Under the pieces are notes generated by a model. That model saw only the letters and a list, made by a program, of their open reading frames with translations, was not told the origin of the DNA and ran no database searches. This document shows, in pieces, positions 7,746-16,765 of a stretch of DNA of 23,525 nt. Position 1 is the first letter of the stretch. Every line of letters begins with the position of its first letter. The translations under genes and the position numbers were made by a program. The DNA lies in the IMG/VR virus record IMGVR_UViG_2526164619_000010, positions 1 through 23,525 of that record; one strand, 5' to 3'. Origin of the DNA: a virus (taxonomy: Duplodnaviria; Heunggongvirae; Uroviricota; Caudoviricetes).

Positions 7746-9668
7746 GTGACTCTTAAACGGGCCTGTTCCCTGCTGACGGTGAAATCCTTCAGTGAGGATG
7801 AACGGGTGATCACCGGGATTGCGTCAACGCCTTCTCCGGATCGGGATGGTGACATCCTGGAGCCGGAGGGCGCGGAGTTTGGCAGTGCGATCCCGTGTCT
7901 CTGGCAGCATGACCATTCCCGCCCGGTGGGGCAGTGTACGGTGCGCCGGGTCAGCGAAGGGCTGGAAATCACGGCAACACTGGTGAAGCCCGTACCGGAT
8001 ATGCCGTCGCAACTGGCTGCCCGGCTGGATGAGGTCTGGGCGGCCATTAAGACCGGGCTGGTCAGGGGGCTGTCCGTGGGCTTCCGTCCCCATGAATACA
8101 CCTTTCTGGACGGAGGCGGACTGCATTTTCTGCGCTGGGAACTGATGGAGGTGTCTGCCGTCACCGTGCCCGCGAATGCGGAATGCACCATCCGGACCAT
8201 TAAATCTTACGACCGCCCGTTTTCTGCCGCGTCCGGCAACCGGAAACCGGTGGTGAAAATCGCATCTTCTGCCGGCGCTGCGGCACAGTCAACAACCGTT
8301 TTTCATAAGGAAAAGACCATAATGAATATTGGCGAACAGATTAAAAGTTTTGAAAACAAGCGTGTAGCGCTGGCAGCCTCCCTTGAGGAGGTCATGACCA
8401 AAGCCGCAGAGGAAGGGCGCACGCTGGATGTGGAGGAGGAAGAGCATTACGACAACACCGCAGCGGAAATCCGTCAGGTGGATGCGCACCTGAAGCGCCT
8501 GCGTGAACTGGAAGCCGGTAAGGCCGCCACGGCGCAGCCGGTGAAACAGGCCGGTAACGGGAATGTGGCCGCGGTGGCTTCTGCGCCGGTGATCCGTGTG
8601 GAGCAGAAACTGGATAAGGGGATTGGCTTCGCCCGCTTTGCCAAATCGCTGGCTGCGGCTAAAGGCGTCCGATCTGAAGCCCTGGAAGTGGCCCGTCGTC
8701 AGTATCCGGATGACAGTCGTCTGCATCATGTCCTGAAATCGGCAGTGGGCGCGGGGACCACCACGGATCCGCAGTGGGCAGGCAGCCTGTCTGAATATCA
8801 GGAATACGCACAGGACTTTATTGATTACCTGCGTCCGCAGACCATTATCGGGCGATTTGGTCAGGGCGGGATCCCTGCACTTCGTCAGGTGCCGTTCAAT
8901 ATCCGTGTGCACGCCCAGGTGTCCGGCGGTGCTGCCGGCTGGGTGGGTGAGGGTAAGGCAAAACCCCTGACGAAGTTTGATTTTGAATCCATCACCTTCA
9001 GTCATGCGAAGGTGTCGGCCATTGCGGTACTGACGGAAGAGCTGATCCGTTTTTCCAGTCCGGCAGCTGATGCGCTGGCAGAAGCGGTGGTGGCGCATCT
9101 GGACACAGACTTTGTGGACCCGAAAAAAGCCGCAGTGGCAGATGTCTCCCCGGCGTCCATCACCCATGATGTGAAGGGCAAGGCATCAACCGGTAACCCG
9201 GATGCGGATGCAGAGGCGGCGTTTGGACAGTTTGTGGCAGCAAACCTGCAGCCCACCGGTGCGGTCTGGCTGATGTCCAGCACCAATGTCCTGGCGCTGT
9301 CCATGCGTAAAAATACGCTGGGTCAGAAGGAATACCCGGACATGACCCTGCTGGGGGGGACCTTCCAGGGGCTGCCGGTGATTGTCTCCCAGTACGTGGG
9401 TGACCAGCTGGTGCTGGTGAATGCCCCGGATATTTATCTGGCGGATGACGGCGGCGTGGCAGTGGATATGTCCCGCGAAGCATCACTGGAAATGCAGTCT
9501 GAGCCGACCGGCGACAGTACCACGCCGTCGCCGGTGGAGCTGGTTTCCATGTTCCAGACAGGCAGTGTGGCCATCCGTGCGGAGCGCTGGATCAACTGGC
9601 GTCGTCGCCGTACCGCGGCGGTGGCGGTGATCACCGGTGTGAACTACGGCAGTGCGTCCGGCGGCTGA
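7746..9668 (+). CDS. fused prohead protease (HK97 S78/U35 family) - linker - major capsid protein (HK97 fold)
   Basis: 640-aa ORF; RBS AGGAGG 7734-7739, GTG start 7746. N-terminal ~170 aa (...GIASTPSPDRDGDILEPEGAEF...LWQHDHSRPVG...GLSVGFRP...VSAVTVPANAECTI) matches prohead protease; central charged/coiled segment; C-terminal ~330 aa (...WVGEGKAKPLTKFDFESITFSHAKVSAIAVLTEELIRFSSP...) matches HK97-type capsid. Confidence 0.8.
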   Translation: MTLKRACSLLTVKSFSEDERVITGIASTPSPDRDGDILEPEGAEFGSAIPCLWQHDHSRPVGQCTVRRVSEGLEITATLVKPVPDMPSQLAARLDEVWAAIKTGLVRGLSVGFRPHEYTFLDGGGLHFLRWELMEVSAVTVPANAECTIRTIKSYDRPFSAASGNRKPVVKIASSAGAAAQSTTVFHKEKTIMNIGEQIKSFENKRVALAASLEEVMTKAAEEGRTLDVEEEEHYDNTAAEIRQVDAHLKRLRELEAGKAATAQPVKQAGNGNVAAVASAPVIRVEQKLDKGIGFARFAKSLAAAKGVRSEALEVARRQYPDDSRLHHVLKSAVGAGTTTDPQWAGSLSEYQEYAQDFIDYLRPQTIIGRFGQGGIPALRQVPFNIRVHAQVSGGAAGWVGEGKAKPLTKFDFESITFSHAKVSAIAVLTEELIRFSSPAADALAEAVVAHLDTDFVDPKKAAVADVSPASITHDVKGKASTGNPDADAEAAFGQFVAANLQPTGAVWLMSSTNVLALSMRKNTLGQKEYPDMTLLGGTFQGLPVIVSQYVGDQLVLVNAPDIYLADDGGVAVDMSREASLEMQSEPTGDSTTPSPVELVSMFQTGSVAIRAERWINWRRRRTAAVAVITGVNYGSASGG

Positions 9669-9712
9669 GTCTGATAAGGAGGACGGGAGGCGTGCGCCTC
9701 CCGTAACAGGTT

Positions 9713-9934
9713 ATGGCAAAGATCCGATATCTGCAGGGCACGCATGATGCCCGGGCCGGGGATATCCGTGATGTGGCACAGCCGTGCGCGGAGGTGCTGG
9801 TTCGCCTGGGAAAGGCGGAGTACATCACGGTGCGACGTCCGGCAGGTCAGAAAAAGAAACGTGATGCGGAGCATGGCGAATGTGGAACCTTTTACAGCGA
9901 ACCCGAAAAAACCAGAAATCAGGACGTGACGTAA
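9713..9934 (+). CDS. hypothetical 73-aa protein (doubtful gene)
   Basis: ORF MAKIRYLQGTHDARAGDIRDVAQPCAEVLVRLGKAEYI... between capsid and portal; no convincing RBS; 3' end overlaps the portal start by 55 bp. Confidence 0.25.
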   Translation: MAKIRYLQGTHDARAGDIRDVAQPCAEVLVRLGKAEYITVRRPAGQKKKRDAEHGECGTFYSEPEKTRNQDVT

Positions 9935-11243
9935 GAGAGGCGGGCTGGACCAGCCTGTTTCAGGCGGTGGCTGAGCCCTTTTCCGGCGCCTGGCAGCAGG
10001 GCGTGAAAGCCGATCCGGAAGCCGTCCTCTCCTTTCATGCGGTGTTTTAGTGCATTTCGCTGATATCCCAGGATATCGCCAAAATGCGGCTGCGTCTTAT
10101 GCAGACGGATGCGCAGGGGATACGCAGGGAAACTCGCCGGGGGGATATTGCCCGCCTCTGTCGTCGTCCCAACGCCCAGCAGAACCGCATCCAGTTTTTT
10201 GAACTGTGGCTGAACGCCAAACTGCGTCACGGCAATACGGTGGTGCTGAAAATCCGTAACTCCCGGGGGCAGATCAAAGAACTGCGCATTCTGGACTGGA
10301 GCCGGGTTGAACCACTGGTGGCGGATGACGGCGAAGTGTTCTACCGCATCACGCCGGATCGGAACTGCGGGATCACTGAGGCGGTGACGGTGCCTGCCCG
10401 GGAAGTGATCCACGACCGGTTTAACTGTTTTTTCATCCGCTTATAGGGTTGCCGCCGGTGTATGCCGCCGGGCTGGCCGCCACGCAGGGGCATCATATTC
10501 AGGAAAATTCGACGTATTTTTTCAGAAATGGCGGCATGCCGTCCGGGGTGATTGAGATCCCCGGCAGTATTACGGAAGAAAATGCGAAAAAACTGAAGAG
10601 CAACTGGGACAGCGGGTATACCGGCGAAAATGCGGGGAAAACGGCCATTCTGAGCAACGGGGCAAAATACAACCCCACGACGTTTTCACCGGTGGATGCG
10701 CAGACGGTGGAACAACTGAAGATGACCGCTGAAATTGTCTGTTCGGTGTTCCGTGTCTCGGCCTACAAGATTGGCGTGGGACAACCGCCTTCCAGTGACA
10801 ACGTGGAGGCGCTGGAGCAGCAGTATTATTCCCAGTGCCTGCAGACGCTGATTGAGTCCATTGAACTGTTACTGGATGAGGCGCTGGAAACGGGGGAAAA
10901 CGAGAGTACAGAATTTGATGTCACCACGCTGCTGAGAATGGACAGTGAGCGGCGCATGAAAACGCTGGGGGATGCGGTGAAAAATACGCTTCTCACGCCC
11001 AATGAGGCCCGTAAACGGGAGAACCTGCCGCCCCTGGCCGGCGGTGATGCACTGTATCTTCAGCAGCAGAACTACAGTCTGGAGGCACTGTCCCGTCGTG
11101 ATGCCCGTGAGGATCCGTTCGCGTCGACCGGGAAAACGGCCTTAGCGCAACCGCCTGACGGCGCATCTGACGGTAATAAGGCAATCAGTGAAACAGAGCA
11201 TGATGCGGTGAAAGCGATGTTCAGGGGAATTCTGAAAAAATGA
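9880..11243 (+). pseudogene. portal protein (HK97 family) inactivated by an in-frame TAG (10048-10050) and a 1-bp deletion in a T-run (10428-10433)
   Basis: Three pieces: 9880-10050 (ATG with GGAG 10 bp upstream), 10051-10446 in the same frame after the TAG, and 10449-11243 in another frame. Piece 3 carries the portal signature ...FFRNGGMPSGVIEIPG...GENAGKTAILSNGAKY...DAQTVEQLKMTAEIVCSVF...EFDVTTLLRMDSERR...LTPNEARKRENLPPLAGGD. Confidence 0.8.
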
Positions 11244-12301
11244 ATGAACGTGAACTGTCCATTATTCGTGCCCTGGGAGAAGAATTCGCCACGGTGCTGG
11301 CGGATTTACAGCGCACATTTGAGGAGAAGATGAGCGCGCAGGCACAAGCGTTTGAAGAGAAACTGGCTTCCCTGTCCGCTCTGTTACAGAAGCATGTGAC
11401 GGTGGATGAGGTTAGCCCTGTTCTGCAGGCGATGGTGGATGACGCAGTGGGGGCCATTCCGCTACCGCGTGATGGTCGCGATTATGATCCGGAAGTACTG
11501 AAGCAGGCGGTGAATGATGCGGTCGCGAAAATACCGGTGCCGGCAGACGGCAAAAGTATCACCCCCGATGATGTGCGTCCGATGCTTGAGCAGATGGTGA
11601 AAGAGGCTGTAAGCCATATTCCTGTTCCGCGTGATGGTCGTGACTACGATCCGGAAGTACTGAAGCAGGTGGTGAATGATGCGGTCGCAAATATTCCGCA
11701 GCCGGCGGACGGTAAAGGTCTCACCCCGGATGATGTGCGTCCGATGCTTGAACAGATGGTGACGGAGGCTGTAAGCCATATCCCTGTTCCGCGTGATGGT
11801 CGTGACTACGATCCGGATGTTCTGCAGAAGGCGGTTCTGGATGCGGTGAGTGCCCTGCCGGCTTCGCAGGACGGGCGTGATGCCACGGCTCTGGAAATAC
11901 TCCCCGCCATTGACGTTCAAAAATCCTTTCCCCGGGGCACGTATGCCACACACCAGGGCGGACTCTGGCGGGCGTATGAAAAAACGCACGGGATGCGGGG
12001 ATGGGAATGCCTGGTTGACGGGGTGGCGGATATTGACGTCAGCATGACGGGTGAGCGGTTGTTCTCTGTGGTGGTCCGGCAGAGCAGTGGCCAGCGTACG
12101 GAAAAAACATTTTCCCTGCCGGTGATGCTCTACCGCGGTGTGTTCAGAGCCGGTGAAACCTACCACCCCGGCGATATGGTGACGTGGGGGGGCTCGCTGT
12201 GGCACTGCAACAGTATGACCGAAGATAAACCCGGAGAAGCTCATTCATCAGCCTGGACCCTGGCTGCAAAACGTGGGCGGGATGCAGGAGGCGGAAAATG
12301 A
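11240..12301 (+). CDS. head-module protein of unknown function containing ~2.6 tandem 54-aa repeats
   Basis: 353-aa ORF translationally coupled to portal (ATGA at 11240-11243) and to the connector gene (ATGA at 12298-12301). Repeat unit IPVPRDGRDYDPEVLKQAVNDAVAKIPVPADGKSITPDDVRPMLEQMVKEAVSH. No family recognised. Confidence 0.6.
   Translation: MNERELSIIRALGEEFATVLADLQRTFEEKMSAQAQAFEEKLASLSALLQKHVTVDEVSPVLQAMVDDAVGAIPLPRDGRDYDPEVLKQAVNDAVAKIPVPADGKSITPDDVRPMLEQMVKEAVSHIPVPRDGRDYDPEVLKQVVNDAVANIPQPADGKGLTPDDVRPMLEQMVTEAVSHIPVPRDGRDYDPDVLQKAVLDAVSALPASQDGRDATALEILPAIDVQKSFPRGTYATHQGGLWRAYEKTHGMRGWECLVDGVADIDVSMTGERLFSVVVRQSSGQRTEKTFSLPVMLYRGVFRAGETYHPGDMVTWGGSLWHCNSMTEDKPGEAHSSAWTLAAKRGRDAGGGK
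11456..11880 (+). repeat. in-frame tandem repeat, 162-bp unit, ~2.6 copies (copies start 11456, 11618, 11780)
   Basis: Direct comparison of the three units shows high nucleotide identity with mostly synonymous or conservative differences; the third copy diverges after ~100 bp. Confidence 0.85.
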
Positions 12302-12624
12302 CGGCATTACTGACACTGGAAGAGATCAAGGCACATCTGCGTGTCGACCATGACGCGGATGATGACATGCTGATGGACAAGGTTCGTCAGGCTACCGCCG
12401 TGCTGCTGGCCTACATTCAGGGCAGCCGGGATAAAGTGATCCGTGAGGACGGTGAACTGATCCCGGGCGAGGCATTAACCCGGATGAAGGGGGCTGCCAT
12501 GCGACTGACCGGGATGCTGTACCGGAATCCGGATCTTGCAGAGCGGGAAAAACTGCTTCAGGGGGAGCTGCCGTTTTCTGTTTCCGTGCTGATTTACGAT
12601 TTGCGTTGTCCGACGGTGTTATGA
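12298..12624 (+). CDS. head-tail connector protein (phage gp6-like)
   Basis: 108-aa ORF MTALLTLEEIKAHLRVDHDADDDMLMDKVRQATAVLLAYIQ..., typical N-terminus of gp6-like connector proteins; position after head genes. Confidence 0.7.
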   Translation: MTALLTLEEIKAHLRVDHDADDDMLMDKVRQATAVLLAYIQGSRDKVIREDGELIPGEALTRMKGAAMRLTGMLYRNPDLAEREKLLQGELPFSVSVLIYDLRCPTVL

Positions 12625-12633
12625 GGAGGGGGA

Positions 12634-12984
12634 ATGGCAATATCTGCAGGTCGTCTGACACAGATGATAAGTGTTCTGAACCCGGTGTTAACCCGTAACG
12701 CTGCCGGAGAAATGACGGAAGAATGGGTGTCATGCGGGAAAATTCATGCGGATATCCGAGGCAGGAGCAGCCGGGAGCGGATGCAGTCCGGAGCGGAAAT
12801 GGCGCAGGCGGAAATCCGCATCTGGGTGCGCGGTCAGTCCGGTCGGGAAATCACGGCAGCGTCACGACTTCATGTGCTGAGTGGTCCATGGCGTGACCGG
12901 ATCCTGAACGTTGTCGGGCTGCCCGTGCCGGATGCGACCGGCGGGCGTCTGGAAATTCTCTGTCGGCTGGGAGGGGAAAAATGA
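12634..12984 (+). CDS. head closure / head-tail adaptor protein
   Basis: 116-aa ORF with RBS GAGGAGGGGG before ATG 12634; size and position match HK97-type head-tail joining proteins; coupled to next gene (ATGA 12981-12984). Confidence 0.65.
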   Translation: MAISAGRLTQMISVLNPVLTRNAAGEMTEEWVSCGKIHADIRGRSSRERMQSGAEMAQAEIRIWVRGQSGREITAASRLHVLSGPWRDRILNVVGLPVPDATGGRLEILCRLGGEK

Positions 12985-13427
12985 TCGAAATCCTGCTGGA
13001 TTTTTCGGGGCTGGAGGACATCAGCCGCGATTTGCAGCTTCTGAGTGGTGCGGAAAATAACCGGGTGCTGCGTGAGGCAACCCGTGCGGGTGCGAATGTG
13101 CTGAAAGAAGAAGTGATGTCACGGACACCGGTACGCAGGGGAAAACTGTGCCGCAATGTGGTGATCCTTTCCCGGCGCTCCCGCGATGGCGGGATGGAAT
13201 CCGGTGTCCATATCCGTGGTGTTAATCCGGACACCGGTAACAGCGATAACACCATGAAGGCGGATAACCCGCGCAATGCTTTCTACTGGCGGTTTGTGGA
13301 AATGGGGACCGTGAATATGCCACCGCACCCGTTTGTGCGCCCGGCGTTTGATGTGCGCAGTGAACAGGCAGCTCAGGTGGCGATTGCGCGGATGAACCGG
13401 GCCATTGATGAGGTACTGAGACGATGA
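12981..13427 (+). CDS. HK97 gp10-like neck/tail-attachment protein
   Basis: 148-aa ORF; C-terminal ...NAFYWRFVEMGTVNMPPHPFVRPAFD... resembles the HK97 gp10 family motif; gene order. Confidence 0.65.
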   Translation: MIEILLDFSGLEDISRDLQLLSGAENNRVLREATRAGANVLKEEVMSRTPVRRGKLCRNVVILSRRSRDGGMESGVHIRGVNPDTGNSDNTMKADNPRNAFYWRFVEMGTVNMPPHPFVRPAFDVRSEQAAQVAIARMNRAIDEVLRR

Positions 13428-13768
13428 CGGAGGCGGATTTGTATCCTCATCTGGCGCATCTTGCCGGCGGGCAGGTGTACCCGTATGTGGCCCCCCTGCT
13501 GGATGGCAGGCCGTCGGTGGCGCTTCCGTGGGTGGTTTTCAGCCTGATTTCATCGGTGTCAGCGGACGTGATGGGCGGGCAGGCGGAGTCCTCAGTGTCG
13601 GTGCAGATAGACGTTTATGCCGGGACTGTGACGCAGGCGCGTCAGATACGTCAGGACGCCCGTGAAGCCATAATGCTGCTGGCCCCGGGATCCGTCAGTG
13701 AAATGCAGGACTATATTCCGGAAAACCGCTGTTACCGTGCAACCCTGGAGTTTCAGGTCACGGTGTGA
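13424..13768 (+). CDS. tail terminator / tail completion protein (DUF3168-like)
   Basis: 114-aa ORF coupled by ATGA (13424-13427); position immediately upstream of the major tail gene. Confidence 0.55.
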   Translation: MTEADLYPHLAHLAGGQVYPYVAPLLDGRPSVALPWVVFSLISSVSADVMGGQAESSVSVQIDVYAGTVTQARQIRQDAREAIMLLAPGSVSEMQDYIPENRCYRATLEFQVTV

Positions 13769-13794
13769 CTTTTTCTTTTTTCTACAAAACCATA

Positions 13795-13819
13795 CCCCGC
13801 CGCGTGCGGGTTTTTTATT
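13795..13819 (+). terminator. intrinsic-terminator-like hairpin plus T-run upstream of the major tail gene
   Basis: CCCGC-CGCGT-GCGGG stem-loop (13796-13810) followed by TTTTTTATTAT; then RBS CAGGAGGC and ATG 13833. Confidence 0.45.
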
Positions 13820-13832
13820 ATCAGGAGGCAGA

Positions 13833-14549
13833 ATGTCTGCTTTGTATGAACGCTCACAGCTGACGCAGGTGATGATTTCATCTGCCCCGGCGACTGCTGA
13901 AACTATGGATAAGGCGGAATATCTGCGCCTGGACTGCACCATCAAGGAAGTCCAGTTCACCACCGGTCAGAAACAGGATATTGATGTGACCACGCTCTGC
14001 TCCACAGAACAGGAGAACATCAACGGTCTGGGGGCGTCGTCTGAGATTTCCATGTCGGGTAATTTTTATCTGAATCAGGCCCAGAACGCCCTGCGTGATG
14101 CCTATGACAATGACGCGTTGTATGCGTTTAAGGTGCTGTTTCCGTCCGGTAAGGGCTTTAAATTCCTGGCGGAAGTGCGTCAGCACACCTGGTCATCCGG
14201 TACCAACGGTGTGGTGGCTGCAACGTTCTCACTGCGTCTGAAAGGCAAACCGGTGTCCTTTGTGGTACCGCTGGCGTTTGTGAAAAATCTGGATAAGACA
14301 CTTACCGTGAATACCGGTGCGCTGCTGACAATGTCAGTCAGTGCCAACGGGGGAATGCCGCCGTATAAATACGCCTGGAAGAAGGATGGTCAGCCGGTTG
14401 ACGGGCAGACGACAGACACCTTCAGTAAGCCAGGTGCGCAGTCCGCTGATGCGGGGAAATATACCTGCGTGGTGACCGATTCGGCAGAGAAAGCACAGAG
14501 TGTGACGTCTGTTGAATGCACCGTGACAGTGAGCGCAGCTGCCGGATAA
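13833..14549 (+). CDS. major tail protein with C-terminal Ig-like domain
   Basis: 238-aa ORF from ATG 13833 (RBS AGGAGG 13823-13828). The track ORF begins at 13698 but that extension spans the terminator hairpin. C-terminal ~90 aa (...LTMSVSANGGMPPYKYAWKKDGQPVDGQTTDTFSKPGAQSADAGKYTCVVTDSAEKAQSVTSVECTVTV) looks like an Ig-like fold. Confidence 0.75.
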   Translation: MSALYERSQLTQVMISSAPATAETMDKAEYLRLDCTIKEVQFTTGQKQDIDVTTLCSTEQENINGLGASSEISMSGNFYLNQAQNALRDAYDNDALYAFKVLFPSGKGFKFLAEVRQHTWSSGTNGVVAATFSLRLKGKPVSFVVPLAFVKNLDKTLTVNTGALLTMSVSANGGMPPYKYAWKKDGQPVDGQTTDTFSKPGAQSADAGKYTCVVTDSAEKAQSVTSVECTVTVSAAAG

Positions 14550-14563
14550 GGGGATGGGTCATC

Positions 14564-14824
14564 ATGAAAAAGGATCTGAAAACGCTGGCGCTGGCCAGAC
14601 TGTCAGGGTTTCGTCATAAAACGGTGAAGGTGCCGGAATGGGGGAATGTCAGCGTGGTGCTGCGGGAGCCTTCGGCAGAGGCCTGGTATCTGTGGCAGGA
14701 AGTGCTCAATGGTGATGGAGAGGATGACGATACCCTGTCGGTGGTGGCGAAAACCCGCCGTAACCTGGAAGCGGATGTGACGCTGTTCTGCGATGTCCGT
14801 AAGCTTCCGGGGAACTCATATTGA
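14564..14824 (+). CDS. tail assembly chaperone (gpG-like)
   Basis: 86-aa ORF MKKDLKTLALARLSGFRHKTVKVPEWGNVSVVLREPSAEAWYLWQEVLNGDGEDDD... acidic small protein between major tail and tape-measure genes. A +1-frame ORF (14793-15002) continues past its stop and may be the T-like extension. Confidence 0.6.
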   Translation: MKKDLKTLALARLSGFRHKTVKVPEWGNVSVVLREPSAEAWYLWQEVLNGDGEDDDTLSVVAKTRRNLEADVTLFCDVRKLPGNSY

Positions 14825-15158
14825 CGCGTTTTTCAGGCGCGCGTCATCGGCGGCGCATACGAACGCTCGTGGTTTGATAACGGTTGATTTATTTTGTTGC
14901 ACAGAGACGATCGCCAGGCAGGTACCGGAGGCGGGCTCTGAAGTACTGAGTAGCGTGATCGCGTCAGGCCGCGAAGTACTGACTCGGATTAATTGCAGGT
15001 GATGATGTACTGACCCGGGAATGACTCCGGGCTGATTCAGGTTCTTATTCGCTGTCAGCCCGCGTGGTTGCTGGTCTGGCTCATTTCCTGCCGTCAGGAG
15101 TTCAACTCCCGACTGCAGGTTATGGCCCGGTGCACGAACACCTGACGGCAGGTATCAC

Positions 15159-16759
15159 TCACCCGGAGAAGGTAAATCCCTCAAGAGGCAGCAACTCTGC
15201 CAGTCGCTCCTCCGGCCACTCCGGCAGACGCATCAGGACGTCTGTCAACCAGGCATGCGGCTCCAGACCGTTGCGTTTCGCGGTTTCCAGCAAGCTCATT
15301 ATTTGCGCGGCGCGTTCTCCCGCCATCTGCGAACCGGCGAACAGCCACGATTTTCTGCCCAGAACCACGTTTTTGATGGCCCGTTCACACACATTATTAT
15401 CCAGCGGCACCGCACCATCTTCCAGGAAGCGGCTCAGTTCCACGCGATGAGACAGCGCATAGGCAATGGCTTTGTGTAATGCCTTTCCCGGAGAACATTG
15501 CGGTTCCTGCTCTTCAAGCCATGACCACAGTTCTTCCAGTATCGGACGGGCATAACGCTGTCGCCACTGGCGGATTTTTTCCACGGGGCGGCTACTGATC
15601 TTCTTCTCAAGACGGTACAACCCCGCGATTTTCTTCACGGCTATGGCAGCCCGTGGATCTTTACTGATTTTATACAGGTCGGCGAAGCCCCTGCGGGCAT
15701 GGGCCCAGCATCCGGCCAGCGTGATCTCCGGCACTTTGTTTGCCAGAGTCCGGTAAGCTTTATGTCCGTCGACAACCAGCGTCCCGCCCCAGCCCTGAAG
15801 CCAGTTTTCAGGATACTCATGGCTACGTCCGGTCCGGCAGTCGAAGCACACAACTGACGGTCCCGTCCTTTCTCCACTGACGTATGCCCACAGATAACCG
15901 GAGCAGGATTTACCGCCTTTCTTCGTGTTCAGGATCTTCAGGGTAGTCTCATCTGCATGCACCACCGGACGGTTTATCAACTCGCGATGGAGTAACGCCG
16001 CCAGGGGAGATAATTCGGCACCCGCCGCGCCAACCATGTCAGCCATCGAACTGACGGGCAGCCCGACATCTGAACGGGCAAAGACCTGTTGCTGGCGATA
16101 CAGAGGCAGGTGGTCACCGTATTTATTGATGATCACCTGTGCGATGACTGATGGCTCAACGGCACTTTTCGGGAGGATATGTGCCGGCATTTCACCGCTG
16201 AACACCTTCTGACAACAGGGACAACTGTATTGCGGACGGACATAACGGTTCACCACAAAGTGAGCGGGAATATACTCCAGCTTTTCACTCACCGCATCGC
16301 GGATATAGTGCAGCGGCTCGTCACATTCAGGGCAATGGTCAGTGTCCGGCTGGATAATTTTTTCCACCCGTGGAAGATGAACCGGTAAGGGTTTGCGTAT
16401 CGGGCGTGAACGGGACGCTTTTTCATCTTCTTCAGGGGATTGCGGGAGCAGTTTATCCAGATGTGCGGTAAGCGCGGCGATATCGGCATCAACATCCTCT
16501 TCGAATAGGGAGCGTTGCATACCAGCCAGCGTTTCACATTTTTTCCGAAGCGCTGTTGACGAACCAGTTTCAGCATTTCTTCCAGAAGCTGGATGCGCCG
16601 GCTTTTCTCCAGTAATTCCCGCTCTTTTTCGGCATTCTCCGACATGACTTCTTGTACCATGGCAAGTGCCATAGCACGCAGTTTTTCGATGTCATTCGTG
16701 GTGTTGAGAGCGGAGATATCCATACAGGGGAGTATATCACTCCAGATACGGATATTCAT
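15159..16759 (-). pseudogene. IS66-family transposase TnpC, frameshifted by a 1-bp deletion in an A-run (plus-strand T-run 16539-16544)
   Basis: N-terminal leucine-zipper part ...LLEKSRRIQLLEEMLKLVRQQRFGK (from 16759 or 16723) is in one frame; the remaining 453 codons (15159-16520, with CxxC...CxxC zinc motif and DDE-type core) are in another. Restoring one A gives a continuous ...RFGKKCETLAGMQRSLFEE... reading. Confidence 0.75.
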
Positions 16760-16765
16760 TATTTT

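Noticed and set aside
7056-9167. Long minus-strand ORFs (7056-7679, 7733-8200, 8289-9167) opposite terminase and capsid genes
   Set aside because: All lie antisense to genes with clear family signatures; low-complexity His/Arg/Pro-rich translations and no RBS.
11456-11880. Tandem repeats as a possible CRISPR array or satellite
   Set aside because: Units are 162 bp, contiguous without spacers, in frame and inside a coupled ORF; this is a protein repeat, not repeat-spacer architecture.
11462-12244. 260-aa minus-strand ORF with internal repeats
   Set aside because: It is the antisense image of the 162-bp tandem repeat in the plus-strand head-module gene; the plus-strand gene is translationally coupled to its neighbours.
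13698-13832. Upstream extension of the major tail ORF (track start at 13698, MKCRTIFRK...)
   Set aside because: The extension overlaps the preceding gene and reads through the terminator hairpin; ATG 13833 has a canonical AGGAGG RBS.
14793-15002. 69-aa +1-frame ORF after the tail chaperone, considered as an independent gene
   Set aside because: No start context of its own; if real it is more likely the frameshift extension of the chaperone, noted in findings rather than called as a CDS.
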